Shown piece after piece: positions 24,083-33,877 of a stretch of 64,000 nt of DNA. A program made the position numbers and the translations under genes. Position 1 is the first letter of the stretch; each line of letters starts with the position of its first letter. The stretch comes from an uncultured Gammaproteobacteria bacterium. Lineage in GTDB: Bacteria; Patescibacteriota; Patescibacteriia; Patescibacteriales; UBA12465. The notes below the pieces were generated by a model. The model made no database searches and was not told where the DNA came from. It saw nothing but the letters and a program-made list of their open reading frames with translations. The stretch spans positions 34,325 to 98,324 of the forward strand of contig CAZMYU010000003.1 of the NCBI GenBank assembly GCA_964570655.1, read 5' to 3'.

Positions 24083-24155
24083 CTTGTCTCCTTTTTTGTT
24101 TATCGGGTTGTTAAAAAATATTTTAAAGTTACTAATAGATATCATTTAAGCAAAC

Positions 24156-25316
24156 TTAGCCTTTCTGGTCAAGGCTCTGAAATAGCTCCAAATACTCCCT
24201 GGCCGTCTGCTCCCAAGAAAACTTGGCCGACTGACGATATCCTCGACTAATTAGCTCAGCTCTCAAATTTTCATTAACAATGAGTTCCCGCAGCCCCACA
24301 GCCATAGCTGAGATATTATCTGGATCAATCATCAGCGCCGCATCGCCTACTATTTCTGGCAAACTAGAAACATTAGTACACAAAACCGGTGTCCCACATT
24401 TCATAGCTTCCAGCGGCGGAAAACCAAAACCTTCATACAAAGATGGGTAGGCCACCACTTTTGCCAAATTATACAAAATCGGTTTGTCTTGTTTTTGAAT
24501 GTAACCAATAAATTTGATATCTTTTTGCCAAGGAGAATTTCTGTAAACATCCTCGGTTTCTTTGACCTTCCAACCAGAGAGTCCAGTAATGACCAATTGA
24601 TAATCGGCCAAATCTGGATAGGCCTGTCTAAATTGATTATAAGCTCGAATTAGACTAGGCAAATTTTTGCGAGGTTCAATATTGCCTAAATACAAAATAA
24701 ATTTGTCAGATAAATTATATTTAATTTTGACTTTTTCTAATTCCGGATCACCTTTGTCAATTGGCCGGTAAACATCACTAACCCCCGAATAAATAACCTT
24801 GATCTTGTCTTCTGGAAATTTAAGTAAATCCACAATATCTCTTTTGGTATTTTGTGAGACAGCCACTAGGCTAGAAAATTTACCAACCAATTTATTGATA
24901 TTCAAAGTGTTGTGCCAAAAATTTTTGCGCTGATTAAAAAATTCCGGGTAACGCAAAAAAGACAAATCATGAATAGTCATTAGTCCTCGAGACTGTGGAG
25001 ACAGAGAAACAAAATTGAAATGAGGCTCAAAAAACACATCCACGCCACCCAGCAATTTATCTAAATACGGGCGATTAAAAATCTTTTGAAAAATATAATT
25101 AAAAATTTTGTTGGGCCAATTAGTTTTGACAATTTGGACATTAGGATAATCAAATTTTGGCAAACGCCCCGATAAATCCCTGGCACTATTATAATAAAAC
25201 CGGTAATCATTATCCCGGTCAATCTTTAGCAAATTTTGTAGCAACTTGTCCGCGTATTCTGACACTCCGCTATAATAACGATCGGTCAGAACTCGGATAT
25301 CAACTCCGATTTTCAT
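24156..25316 (-). CDS. Glycosyltransferase family 4 (GT-B)
   Basis: 386 aa. C-terminal EGFGFPPLEAMKCGTPV (EX7E-type GT4 motif). Confidence 0.85.
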   Translation of the reverse strand: MKIGVDIRVLTDRYYSGVSEYADKLLQNLLKIDRDNDYRFYYNSARDLSGRLPKFDYPNVQIVKTNWPNKIFNYIFQKIFNRPYLDKLLGGVDVFFEPHFNFVSLSPQSRGLMTIHDLSFLRYPEFFNQRKNFWHNTLNINKLVGKFSSLVAVSQNTKRDIVDLLKFPEDKIKVIYSGVSDVYRPIDKGDPELEKVKIKYNLSDKFILYLGNIEPRKNLPSLIRAYNQFRQAYPDLADYQLVITGLSGWKVKETEDVYRNSPWQKDIKFIGYIQKQDKPILYNLAKVVAYPSLYEGFGFPPLEAMKCGTPVLCTNVSSLPEIVGDAALMIDPDNISAMAVGLRELIVNENLRAELISRGYRQSAKFSWEQTAREYLELFQSLDQKG

Positions 25317-26433
25317 AATTTACTTTATCTTTGATAAATTCATCAATTCCCCGTTTAAAATTATCAACCGAAAATCTTAGAGCGCGTTCTCTAATTCTCT
25401 CTGGATTAAATATATTTATTTTAGACATAAAATCTTGCACCGCCGATATAATGCCTTCCTTGGTTTGCTGAGAAAAAAATATTCCGCTCACATTCTCCTC
25501 CACGGTTTCCAGCGCCCCACCCTTCTGGTAAGCAATTACCGGACGACCGCTAGCCATGGCCTCCACAGCGGTAATACCAAAATCTTCTTCTTGGGGATTA
25601 ATAAAGGCTAGGCAATGGCGATACAGCTCGGCCTTGTCGTCATCGCTTACCCGACCTAAGAATTCGATATTGGACGCTCCCCCGGCAATTTTCTGGAGTC
25701 TTTTGAGATCCACTCCATCGCCAAAAACTTTTAGACGATACTCTCCACCTAATTCCTTGAAAGCTTCTACCACAATATCAACTCGCTTATAAGGGGCCAA
25801 ACGACAACCAATCAAAAAATATTTATCCGGTCGCTCAGCCGGGTCACTGGGAGCAATCGAAAAATTATCAACCTCCACCGGCGGATAAATAACCACGCTG
25901 TCACGACTATAATATTTGGTGATTCTCTTTTGAACAATTTTGGAATTAGCGATAAAATAATCGACCCGATCAGCCGCCGCTCTATCCCACAAACGCAAAC
26001 GAGTGAGCATCAAAGAAATTATTTTTTTTATCCAGCGATTATACTTTAGTTCATTAATATACTGATGAGCATCGCTCCATAAATAGCGGGTGGGAGTATG
26101 ACAATAACAAATATGCGTAGTCGTGGGCGAGGTGATCACCCCCTTGGCAAAAGAACTGGTATCTGAAATTACCAAATCATATTCCCGCAAATCAAAAAAT
26201 TCCACAGCCAGAGGCATAAACATCAAATACCATTGATAATGTTTGACCCCGCCCGGCATTTTCTGAATGATTGAAGCTTCAATTCTGCGCCCTGGATAAG
26301 CATTCAGAGTCTTCTGCTGGTCATAAAGCAAAGTATAAATTGGCGCGCTGGGAAACATGTCGGCCAAAACCCGGAGAACTCTTTCGGCTCCGCCATCTTG
26401 GGCTAAATGATCATGAACTAAAGCAATTTTCAT
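25300..26433 (-). CDS. Glycosyltransferase family 4 (GT-B)
   Basis: 377 aa. EDFGITAVEAMASGRPVIA motif. N-terminal MKIALVHD...GGAERV. Confidence 0.85.
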   Translation of the reverse strand: MKIALVHDHLAQDGGAERVLRVLADMFPSAPIYTLLYDQQKTLNAYPGRRIEASIIQKMPGGVKHYQWYLMFMPLAVEFFDLREYDLVISDTSSFAKGVITSPTTTHICYCHTPTRYLWSDAHQYINELKYNRWIKKIISLMLTRLRLWDRAAADRVDYFIANSKIVQKRITKYYSRDSVVIYPPVEVDNFSIAPSDPAERPDKYFLIGCRLAPYKRVDIVVEAFKELGGEYRLKVFGDGVDLKRLQKIAGGASNIEFLGRVSDDDKAELYRHCLAFINPQEEDFGITAVEAMASGRPVIAYQKGGALETVEENVSGIFFSQQTKEGIISAVQDFMSKINIFNPERIRERALRFSVDNFKRGIDEFIKDKVNYENRS

Positions 26434-26439
26434 AAATTA

Positions 26440-27870
26440 TTATTCAGCACTACGATGTTTTAAAACCGCCAAAGGAGTTTTTAAAAGAATTGATAAATCC
26501 AAAAGCAAACTCCAATTTTCAATATAATAAATATCTAGTTTCACTTCTTCTTCAAAGGCCAAATCGCTGCGACCCGAAACCTGGGCGAGTCCGGTGATGC
26601 CCGGCTTGATGGTCAAAACCTTACGATGATGTTGTTCGTATTTGGCCACTTCCTCAGGTAAATGCGGACGAGGACCAACTAGACTCATCTTGCCAATAAA
26701 GACTAAAAATAATTCTGATAATTCATCAATTGAAAAACGACGAATAAATTTGCCAACTCGAGTAACCCGTGGGTCATCTTTGATCTTGACCAGTGGTCCA
26801 TCACTCCGCAAATTTAAATTTGCCAATTCCTTGTAACGCATATTATCAGCTCGATCAATCATGGAGCGAAATTTGAAATATTTAAAAAGTCGACCGCCCT
26901 GACCAACTCGATATAAATATGAGCCATCATCTAAACGACTGAAAAATACTGGTCCTTGAGAATCCAGCTTGATAGCAATGGTAGTGAGTAACATCACCGG
27001 AGAAAAAATAATAATTAAAAGTCCAGAAAATACAAAATCGACTATTCTTTTGGCAATCGCTCCCCAGCCTTCCAAGGTGGTTCGCTTCACTTCGGCCAGC
27101 GGCAAGCCAGCAATATCCATTACCTCGGTACGCAACACTTTGACCCCTAATAAATCGGCCACGTATTTAAAAGTTAAATGCCGATCATTGGCGAAATCAT
27201 AGAGCCGTAAAGTTTCGGCTTTGGTCAAATTGGGATCAGCCTGAACAATCTCGTCAACCCGACCGTTTCTAATCTCATACTCTTTGATAAAATCGTCTAA
27301 CTCCTGCGAAGTTTCCAGGGAAAAATCTCTAATTCTTTTGACCACCTCAAACCCACTATGCGGAGAAGCAAAAAATTCATGGACCAGGCTGTCAGCCGTT
27401 TTACCAGCTCCAACCACAATAATCTTGCGAACTCCAATACCATAACGGAAAAATTGTCGTTCAATCAGTCTAATAATCACCCGACCCAAACTCACATAAA
27501 TAATGGCTAGGCCGTAAGTCATGAGCACAATAAAACGAGAATTGAAAAGTTCTCGTTTAAAAAATATATAAATCGCTAATAAGGCTAAAGCCACTGAACA
27601 AGCCGAGACAATTTTGAAAATTTCTTTGGCTAGTCGCCGAGGACCAGAAATAGCATAGAGTCCTGACAAAACAAAAACGAGCACCCAAACAATCGAAACT
27701 ACTAGCAAAACTCGAGAAAAATTATTAATATCAAAATCAAAAATTACTGGTCGCCATTTGACCATGAACTCGGCAAAGCGCAAATGGTAGGCTGACCAAC
27801 CAGCGAAAAAAACCATGGCCAAATCAACCGGGATTAAAATAATTGAAAAAATAAATTCGGTTCGTTTCAT
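26440..27870 (-). CDS. Polyprenyl-phosphate glycosylphosphotransferase (WbaP-type initiating sugar transferase)
   Basis: 476 aa. 4-5 N-terminal TM, central Rossmann-like linker, C-terminal bacterial sugar transferase domain ([26 protein letters not shown]). Confidence 0.85.
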   Translation of the reverse strand: MKRTEFIFSIILIPVDLAMVFFAGWSAYHLRFAEFMVKWRPVIFDFDINNFSRVLLVVSIVWVLVFVLSGLYAISGPRRLAKEIFKIVSACSVALALLAIYIFFKRELFNSRFIVLMTYGLAIIYVSLGRVIIRLIERQFFRYGIGVRKIIVVGAGKTADSLVHEFFASPHSGFEVVKRIRDFSLETSQELDDFIKEYEIRNGRVDEIVQADPNLTKAETLRLYDFANDRHLTFKYVADLLGVKVLRTEVMDIAGLPLAEVKRTTLEGWGAIAKRIVDFVFSGLLIIIFSPVMLLTTIAIKLDSQGPVFFSRLDDGSYLYRVGQGGRLFKYFKFRSMIDRADNMRYKELANLNLRSDGPLVKIKDDPRVTRVGKFIRRFSIDELSELFLVFIGKMSLVGPRPHLPEEVAKYEQHHRKVLTIKPGITGLAQVSGRSDLAFEEEVKLDIYYIENWSLLLDLSILLKTPLAVLKHRSAE

Positions 27871-27887
27871 ATAAATTAAAATTATTT

Positions 27888-28298
27888 AGCTAGGCTATAA
27901 GCCGGATTCTGTCCATAAACAATAAAGTCTATGGGACGATTATTTATCTTGCCCCACAATTACTCGCGGGGTCAGGCGAACTACTTTTCGTCACCCCTAA
28001 GGGGTGGTTCGTTCTTGCTTCAGGCAGGGTTTACCGAGCTAGCTCGTTACCGAGTAGCCAAAGCCGTTAAACGGCTAACTTTTCACCTTTGGCCTTAATC
28101 CGAAGACTAAGGTTAGTATTGTCTCTGTGGCACTTTCCCTTTCCCTCCACCCTTGCGGGTGTTCGGGACGGCGGGTGTTACCCGCTACCTCCGCCCTAAT
28201 GGGCGACCTCAAACCATCTATGGTTTGAGGAAAGTCCGGACTTTCCTCTCCGTTTTCAGTCAAAGACCAAAAAAAACAGAGCAATCGTCCGCCTAGCT
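27888..28298 (-). ncRNA. rnpB: RNase P RNA, bacterial type A
   Basis: Minus strand carries GAGAGGAAAGTCCGGAC (CR-I), AAAGTGCCACAGAGAC, CTCGGTAAACCCTGCC (CR-IV) and GGACAGAATCCGGCTTAT (CR-V). P1 pairs AGCTAGGC with GCCTAGCT. The 95-aa track ORF 28075-28362 overlaps it and is spurious. Confidence 0.93.
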
Positions 28299-28309
28299 TA
28301 ATAATTAAT

Positions 28310-28338
28310 ATATTACTAGAAACAGGCCAAAAAGTCAA
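28310..28338 (-). promoter_or_regulatory. Candidate rnpB promoter TTGACT-N17-TAATAT
   Basis: Minus strand TTGACTttttggcctgtttctagTAATAT, ending 11 nt before the predicted P1 5' end. Confidence 0.5.
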
Positions 28339-28421
28339 AAACGAATTACTTGACTTCTTCACAAAAAAGATGTTAATTTATTATATTAATATCGTTATCT
28401 AAACAAAAAAAATTAAACAGC

Positions 28422-28619
28422 ATGAATTATGTGTCAACTCAGCCGAATTTTACGGCTGAATTTATGGTCCCCTTGGGCAAAGCAGCTAGCTTTTGCGAGG
28501 AATACAACAAAAAGTTCACCACCAAGGGTTATTTTATCAACAACACCTTTAGGGTAAAATTTGACTCCAGTGAAGAATTACGGGCTTTCACCGAGCTGGC
28601 TAACAGCTTTGCAAACTGA
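28422..28619 (+). CDS. Small hypothetical protein (65 aa)
   Basis: ORF on the minority strand with a terminator 25 nt downstream. No motif recognised, coding status uncertain. Confidence 0.4.
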   Translation: MNYVSTQPNFTAEFMVPLGKAASFCEEYNKKFTTKGYFINNTFRVKFDSSEELRAFTELANSFAN

Positions 28620-28643
28620 TAATGAACACATTTTCGACAAATT

Positions 28644-28677
28644 AAAATCCTGCACCAAATAATGGTCAGGATTTTTA
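28644..28677. terminator. Bidirectional rho-independent terminator (small ORF + / NUDIX -)
   Basis: aAAATCCTGcaccaaataatggtCAGGATTTttaaattt. 8-bp stem with an A-run and a T-run. Confidence 0.65.
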
Positions 28678-28711
28678 AATTTGTTATGATTCATCCAAAA
28701 TTATTCTTAGC

Positions 28712-29179
28712 CTAAACCACACCAATGAAAGGATCTTCGTTTTGAATAAATTTATCTTGGTTCTCCCAAAAAGTATTTTTGATCCTTTCTGGATAAACTT
28801 TGACGTCTCTTAATTCTTCTTTGGAAAACCATCGAACCTCCTCGACCTCACCATCTGCATCTTTATCAACATGTAATTCGTTTAAATCTGTTCCCTGGGT
28901 TGCTTCAGCCAACCAAATAGCTTCCAAAAAGACCCAATCATTAATGCCCCGATACTTATCCTCATGATATTCCTGCAAATAGATGAGCCGAAGAATCTTA
29001 ACCTTTAAACCGGTTTCTTCCTCAACTTCTCTAAGAGCTCCCTCTATAATGTTTTCTTTTTCATATTCCCAACCACCGCCTGGTGGTGACCAAAAATCCT
29101 GTCCACTATTCCTAACCAGCAAAATCTTTTGATTTTCCTTATCTAGGGTTATAACCCTAGAAACAAAACGGATGTTCAT
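28712..29179 (-). CDS. NUDIX hydrolase
   Basis: 155 aa. Nudix box GGGWEYEKENIIEGALREVEEETGL. Confidence 0.88.
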   Translation of the reverse strand: MNIRFVSRVITLDKENQKILLVRNSGQDFWSPPGGGWEYEKENIIEGALREVEEETGLKVKILRLIYLQEYHEDKYRGINDWVFLEAIWLAEATQGTDLNELHVDKDADGEVEEVRWFSKEELRDVKVYPERIKNTFWENQDKFIQNEDPFIGVV

Positions 29180-29200
29180 AATTTTTAGTCTTTTAAAAAA

Positions 29201-29674
29201 TTATCTAATAATAAGCCCGCCCTGGTATTTTAATTCATAAACCTTTTCCTTTTGGAAATAAATAACTTCAAGGCCTTCAAACTTGTCAACTGCTCCCTGA
29301 TTAGTATTTTGATATTCCCAATCCCCTTCTTGAAAATAATCTGGTCCGCGAAAAGGTTTTTCAATTTCAATTAAACGCAAAGCAGTTTGCAAAAACCTAT
29401 AAATATCTTTGGCCAGCACCTGGTCGGAAACAATTTGACCATAATAATTCATGCCCCAAATGGCTTTAGAGTTTTGCCAAACAATCTCTTCGCCAATAAA
29501 GGGATTATAACCAAAATAAGAGTCACGATATTTATAATCGCCGTCTTCCCAAATCAGCTCCTTGCTCCCATCAGCCAGAATCCTTTCTCCTCCCTCACCA
29601 CTACTAGCATAAGTCTGGAGCTTAGCTTGAAGTAAAAATTCGCTTCTGGGGTCTGACCCCATTTTTTGTTGCAT
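29201..29674 (-). CDS. Hypothetical protein; I recall similar W/Y/G-rich sequences annotated as DUF5680, unverified
   Basis: W/Y/G-rich soluble protein (YASSGEGGERILADGSKELIWEDGDYKYRDSYFGYNPFIGEE). Start is ambiguous: TTG 29701, ATG 29674 or ATG 29662. The last lies inside a repeated palindrome. Confidence 0.55.
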   Translation of the reverse strand: MQQKMGSDPRSEFLLQAKLQTYASSGEGGERILADGSKELIWEDGDYKYRDSYFGYNPFIGEEIVWQNSKAIWGMNYYGQIVSDQVLAKDIYRFLQTALRLIEIEKPFRGPDYFQEGDWEYQNTNQGAVDKFEGLEVIYFQKEKVYELKYQGGLIIR

Positions 29675-29727
29675 ATTAAAAAATACCTTATTTTTTAACA
29701 AAATTTAGTTGGGGTCTGACCCCATTT
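29647..29727. repeat. 18-bp direct repeat TGGGGTCTGACCCCATTT x2 (each holds a 13-nt palindrome and an ATG on the minus strand)
   Basis: Copies at 29647-29664 and 29710-29727. Minus-strand reading is AAATGGGGTCAGACCCCA. The upstream copy opens a 6-codon mini-ORF MGSDPN-stop, the downstream copy is in frame with the 29201 gene (MGSDPRSEF). Confidence 0.85.
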
Positions 29728-29728
29728 A

Positions 29729-32422
29729 CTAGGCACCGTGGCATTTTTTGTATTTCTTGCCTGATCCACACGGACACAAATCATTTCGGCCGACTTTGTG
29801 GCCTTCTTCGTCTCTAGTCTTATGCGGGACAAGATCAATCGTTTGATGACCACCCTGTTCATGCATAGTCTTTTCTGGAGCCGTATAATTCAAGCGACGA
29901 TTATTTTGCGCGCTGTTAGCTTGAGCAATTTTTTCAGCGCTGAGAGTATTTAAAGCTTCGCCAGTTTTATAAATAGAATAAACTACTTGCTTGGCGATCA
30001 AGTCATTGAGTTCGCGATAGAGTCTAAAAGCCTCAGATTTATATTCAACTAGTGGATCTCTTTGACCATAACCTCGCAGACCGATTCCCCGGCGCAAGTA
30101 ATCAATGGTCTCTAAATGTTCAATCCAAAGAGTATCAATTGACCGGAGTAATATATTTTTTTCAATATCTTGAAAATTGATATCGATACTCTTAAAATCA
30201 CTAGCCAATTTTTCATAGGCTGAAGTTGCTTCGGTAATCAACAAATTGATAACTTCTTCTCGTTTTTTCAAAACCACAATCTGATCTTTCAAGTCTTTGT
30301 TAACCATGGCCCTAAAAGCCTCGGCCACTTCGCCCAAATTCCAGTCACCAATATTTTCTCCCAAAGTATGAAAATTAACCACGCTAGTGATTTCTTCGGC
30401 GGTCATTTTCAAAATAATATCTTGCAATTTGCGCTCCCGACTAACCCCTTCGAAAATTTCCAAAACCTCTCGTCTTTTTTTGTAAATAGAAGTTCGCTGT
30501 TTATTGATCACATCATCATATTCCACCAAGTGTTTGCGAATATCAAAGTTGTTGCCTTCCACTTTTTTCTGGGCCGATTCAATAGATCGAGAAATAATCT
30601 TGTTTTGAATAGGCATATCCTCAGGCAATTTCAAGGCCGCCATCATATTTTTCATTCGATCCCCACCAAAAATCCGCATCAAATCATCGTCGGTTGAAGC
30701 ATAAAATTGGGAAGAGCCCGGATCACCCTGACGACCAGCTCGACCACGCAATTGATTATCAATTCGACGCGACTCATGACGTTCGGTGCCGATCACATGC
30801 AAACCGCCGAGAGCCAAAACTCTTTCCTGCTCTTCTTTGATCGATGGATTGCCACCCAAAATAATATCAACTCCGCGACCAGCCATATTAGTAGCCAAAG
30901 TAATTGCTCCTGGTTTTCCAGCCTGAGCAATAATTTCGGCTTCTTTAAAATGATTTTTAGCATTGAGCCTTTGCACATTTAGTCCTTCTCTGGCCATCAT
31001 TTCTGCGAGTAATTCGTTTTTTTCAATCGAAATAGTCCCAACCAAAATCGGCTGACCTTTTTGAGAACGTTCTTTGATGTCTTCAATCACGGCCTTAAAC
31101 TTCCCTAGCTCACTGCGATAAATCAAATCATCATAATCCCGTCTGACCATTGGTTTGTTGGTCGGAATAACTATAGTATCCAAATTATAAATTTTATGAA
31201 ATTCCTCGGCTTCGGTAGCGGCTGTTCCGGTCATCCCGCCCAACTTGGGGTACATGCGAAAATAATTTTGAAAAGTAACCGTGGCCAAAGTTTGCGATTC
31301 TCTTTGAACTTTGACGCCCTCTTTGGCTTCAATAGCTTGATGCAAACCTTCGCTATAGCGTCGCCCCGGCATTAGACGTCCAGTAAATTCATCAACAATA
31401 ATAATTTCGCCGTCTTTAACCACATAATCCTTGTCAATTTTAAACAAAACCTGGGCCTTGAGAGCCTGTTCAATATGATGCACCTCGCGAATACCACCTT
31501 CGACATAAATATTACCCAAGCCTAATGATTTTTCCACGCGAGCAATACCCTTTTCTGTAAGAGTAACCGTGCGCATTTTTTCGTCTAAATTATAATCCTC
31601 ATCTTCTTTTAGAGTTCTAACTAATCCGGCAAATTTAAAATAGCGATCAGTTGATTCTTCAGCTGAACCACTAATAATTAGCGGAGTTCGGGCCTCATCA
31701 ATCAAAATTGAATCTATTTCGTCAACAATCGCATAATAAAATTCCCGCTGGACCATTTGGCCCAAAGAAGCGACCATATTGTCCCGCAAATAATCAAAAC
31801 CAAATTCATTATTGGTACCATAAGTAATATCACAAGCATAAGCCTCTTGGCGACCAACTGGACGCCAATGCTTCAAACGATCATCATACTGATTATTATC
31901 CGAATACTCCGGATCATAAACAGCCGCAGCGTCATGAGTAATCACTCCGGTTTTAAGACCTAGGAAATGATAAACCGGCGCCATCCAGCCAGCGCCCACT
32001 TTGGACAAATAATCATTGACCGTTACCAGATGAACTCCCCGACCGCTTAAAGCATTTAGATATAAAGGTAAAGTAGCAACCAAAGTTTTGCCTTCACCAG
32101 TGCGCATTTCGGCAATCTTGCCTTGATGCAAAATAATGCCACCAATGAGCTGGACATCAAAATGCCGTAAACCCAAGACCCGCACCGAAGCTTCGCGCAT
32201 CACGGCAAAAGCTTCCGGCAAAATTTCTTCTAAAATCTGATTTTGGGCCAATAAATCCTGACCAGCCAATCTTTTTTGCCAAGCCAAAGTCAGCGACTTG
32301 ATTTCTTCGTCGCTTTTTTTCTGCAAATCACTCTCCAGGGCGTTAATTTTAGCAATAATCGGCTCAAGTCCTTTAATAACCTTATCATTGGCATTGCCGA
32401 AAATCTTATCAATTAATGACAT
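29729..32422 (-). CDS. secA: Preprotein translocase ATPase SecA
   Basis: 897 aa. Walker A MRTGEGKTLV, DEAD-like DEIDSILIDEARTPLIISG, C-terminal zinc finger CPCGSGKKYKKCHG. Confidence 0.95.
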   Translation of the reverse strand: MSLIDKIFGNANDKVIKGLEPIIAKINALESDLQKKSDEEIKSLTLAWQKRLAGQDLLAQNQILEEILPEAFAVMREASVRVLGLRHFDVQLIGGIILHQGKIAEMRTGEGKTLVATLPLYLNALSGRGVHLVTVNDYLSKVGAGWMAPVYHFLGLKTGVITHDAAAVYDPEYSDNNQYDDRLKHWRPVGRQEAYACDITYGTNNEFGFDYLRDNMVASLGQMVQREFYYAIVDEIDSILIDEARTPLIISGSAEESTDRYFKFAGLVRTLKEDEDYNLDEKMRTVTLTEKGIARVEKSLGLGNIYVEGGIREVHHIEQALKAQVLFKIDKDYVVKDGEIIIVDEFTGRLMPGRRYSEGLHQAIEAKEGVKVQRESQTLATVTFQNYFRMYPKLGGMTGTAATEAEEFHKIYNLDTIVIPTNKPMVRRDYDDLIYRSELGKFKAVIEDIKERSQKGQPILVGTISIEKNELLAEMMAREGLNVQRLNAKNHFKEAEIIAQAGKPGAITLATNMAGRGVDIILGGNPSIKEEQERVLALGGLHVIGTERHESRRIDNQLRGRAGRQGDPGSSQFYASTDDDLMRIFGGDRMKNMMAALKLPEDMPIQNKIISRSIESAQKKVEGNNFDIRKHLVEYDDVINKQRTSIYKKRREVLEIFEGVSRERKLQDIILKMTAEEITSVVNFHTLGENIGDWNLGEVAEAFRAMVNKDLKDQIVVLKKREEVINLLITEATSAYEKLASDFKSIDINFQDIEKNILLRSIDTLWIEHLETIDYLRRGIGLRGYGQRDPLVEYKSEAFRLYRELNDLIAKQVVYSIYKTGEALNTLSAEKIAQANSAQNNRRLNYTAPEKTMHEQGGHQTIDLVPHKTRDEEGHKVGRNDLCPCGSGKKYKKCHGA

Positions 32423-32436
32423 ATAGTTGAGAATTC

Positions 32437-32465
32437 AATATACAAGACTGGGCGCTAAAAGTCAA
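32437..32465 (-). promoter_or_regulatory. Candidate secA promoter TTGACT-N17-TATATT
   Basis: Minus strand TTGACTtttagcgcccagtcttgTATATT, 14 nt upstream of the ATG. Lies 3 nt downstream of the hpf stop codon. Confidence 0.4.
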
Positions 32466-32468
32466 AAG

Positions 32469-32777
32469 TTACTGACGAATTTTATCTTTATACTTTTTGA
32501 TCATGAGTTCCATATGACTTTTGACTTTATCAATGGCTTTATACAAATCATCTTCAGTTTTATCAACAATCAAAAGTTCATGAGGCAAATTAAGATTGAG
32601 CTCAGCTCGAAAAATCTCGCCCTTATGCTGGTTGCCCACCGTCTTCTCTATCTCAAAATCACAATTACGCACCGGGACGTTTCCCAAATATTTTTCCAGC
32701 ATCTCCATTTTGGCTTCGATATAATTTCTAATCGCCGGGGTTAACTCCAATTTTGTTGATTTGATTGTGACATTCAT
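32469..32777 (-). CDS. hpf: Ribosome hibernation/associated factor (short HPF/RaiA family)
   Basis: 102 aa. MNVTIKSTKLELTPAIRNYIEAKM... is typical of the sigma54-modulation/S30EA family. Confidence 0.85.
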   Translation of the reverse strand: MNVTIKSTKLELTPAIRNYIEAKMEMLEKYLGNVPVRNCDFEIEKTVGNQHKGEIFRAELNLNLPHELLIVDKTEDDLYKAIDKVKSHMELMIKKYKDKIRQ

Positions 32778-32781
32778 AGAT

Positions 32782-33876
32782 TTAAAATAAATTAATAATT
32801 TCTTTAATCGTGACCCAAGCCATCAAGGCTAAAAGCAAGAAAAAACCAATATTGTGAATAATAGTTTCGGTATTCCTTTTGACTGGACTGCCTTTGACTT
32901 TGCCGATAAGCAAAAACAAAATTCGCCCACCATCGAGAGCTGGGAATGGCAAAAAATTGATAATCGTTAAATTCAACGACAAGAGAGCTGTAAATTGCAA
33001 AAGATACACCCAACCCAGTCTAGCCATTTGACCAGTGAGAGTAGCAATGCCCACCGGACCAGCCACCTGAGCGCCACTCATGGGCTGACCAATAATTAAA
33101 CCTTTGACCAACTCATAAAGAGTCACGATTATCAGCCATAAAATTAGAAAAGAATATTTGAAGCCATTCCAAATAGCTTGATACCAAGGATACTTGGTAA
33201 TTTCTGTTTGCATTAGAGCAATACCCATCCGAGCTCCATCGTCTTTGACTTCGGGTTTGATAGTTTTGGTCAAATCTTCTTGGCCCCGCTTGATATGCAC
33301 CTGCAAATTTTCATTTTTGTGGCTAGCCACAAAATTCTGCAATTCCTCGATTGAAGAAAAGCTCTGGCCGCCAATATCCAAAATAATATCACCAGCCCGC
33401 AAATCATTGGAAGCGGCGGGAGTCTCGGCAATAACCTGTTCGATTTGAATATTTCCTCGACCTTCCACGGCTTGCGGAACACCAATCATAAAACAAGCCG
33501 AAAAAAGGATAATAGCCAAGACAATATTCATGAGCACCCCGGCAATCAAAATAATAATTTTTTTATAAGTAGATTTAGAAGCAAAACTCTCAGGATCTTT
33601 TTCGTCGTCGTCATCCTGGCCTTTGATTTTGCAAAAACCACCCAGCGGAATCAGATTAATCGAATAAATAGTTCCCTTCTTAGCTTCGTTTTCCTCTAAT
33701 TGTTTGTTGCCCCACAGCATTTTTCCTTTTTGATAGCCAAAGACTCGAGGAGGAAACCCGAGACCAAATTCGTCAACTCGTACTTTGAAAAGTCGAGCGG
33801 CCACAAAATGCCCAGCCTCATGAAACAACACCAAGACTGATAAAACCAGCAAGAAAATAATAATTGTTAATATCAT
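32782..33876 (-). CDS. rseP: RIP site-2 metalloprotease RseP (M50) with PDZ domain
   Basis: 364 aa. HEAGH zinc motif in TM1, central PDZ (AGDIILDIGGQSF), C-terminal NLLPFPALDGG. Confidence 0.9.
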   Translation of the reverse strand: MILTIIIFLLVLSVLVLFHEAGHFVAARLFKVRVDEFGLGFPPRVFGYQKGKMLWGNKQLEENEAKKGTIYSINLIPLGGFCKIKGQDDDDEKDPESFASKSTYKKIIILIAGVLMNIVLAIILFSACFMIGVPQAVEGRGNIQIEQVIAETPAASNDLRAGDIILDIGGQSFSSIEELQNFVASHKNENLQVHIKRGQEDLTKTIKPEVKDDGARMGIALMQTEITKYPWYQAIWNGFKYSFLILWLIIVTLYELVKGLIIGQPMSGAQVAGPVGIATLTGQMARLGWVYLLQFTALLSLNLTIINFLPFPALDGGRILFLLIGKVKGSPVKRNTETIIHNIGFFLLLALMAWVTIKEIINLF

Positions 33877-33877
33877 A

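Noticed and set aside
28075-28362. 95-aa minus-strand ORF in the track
   Set aside because: Lies entirely over the RNase P RNA, whose conserved CR-I, CR-IV and CR-V motifs are present. The GC-rich structured RNA explains the open frame.
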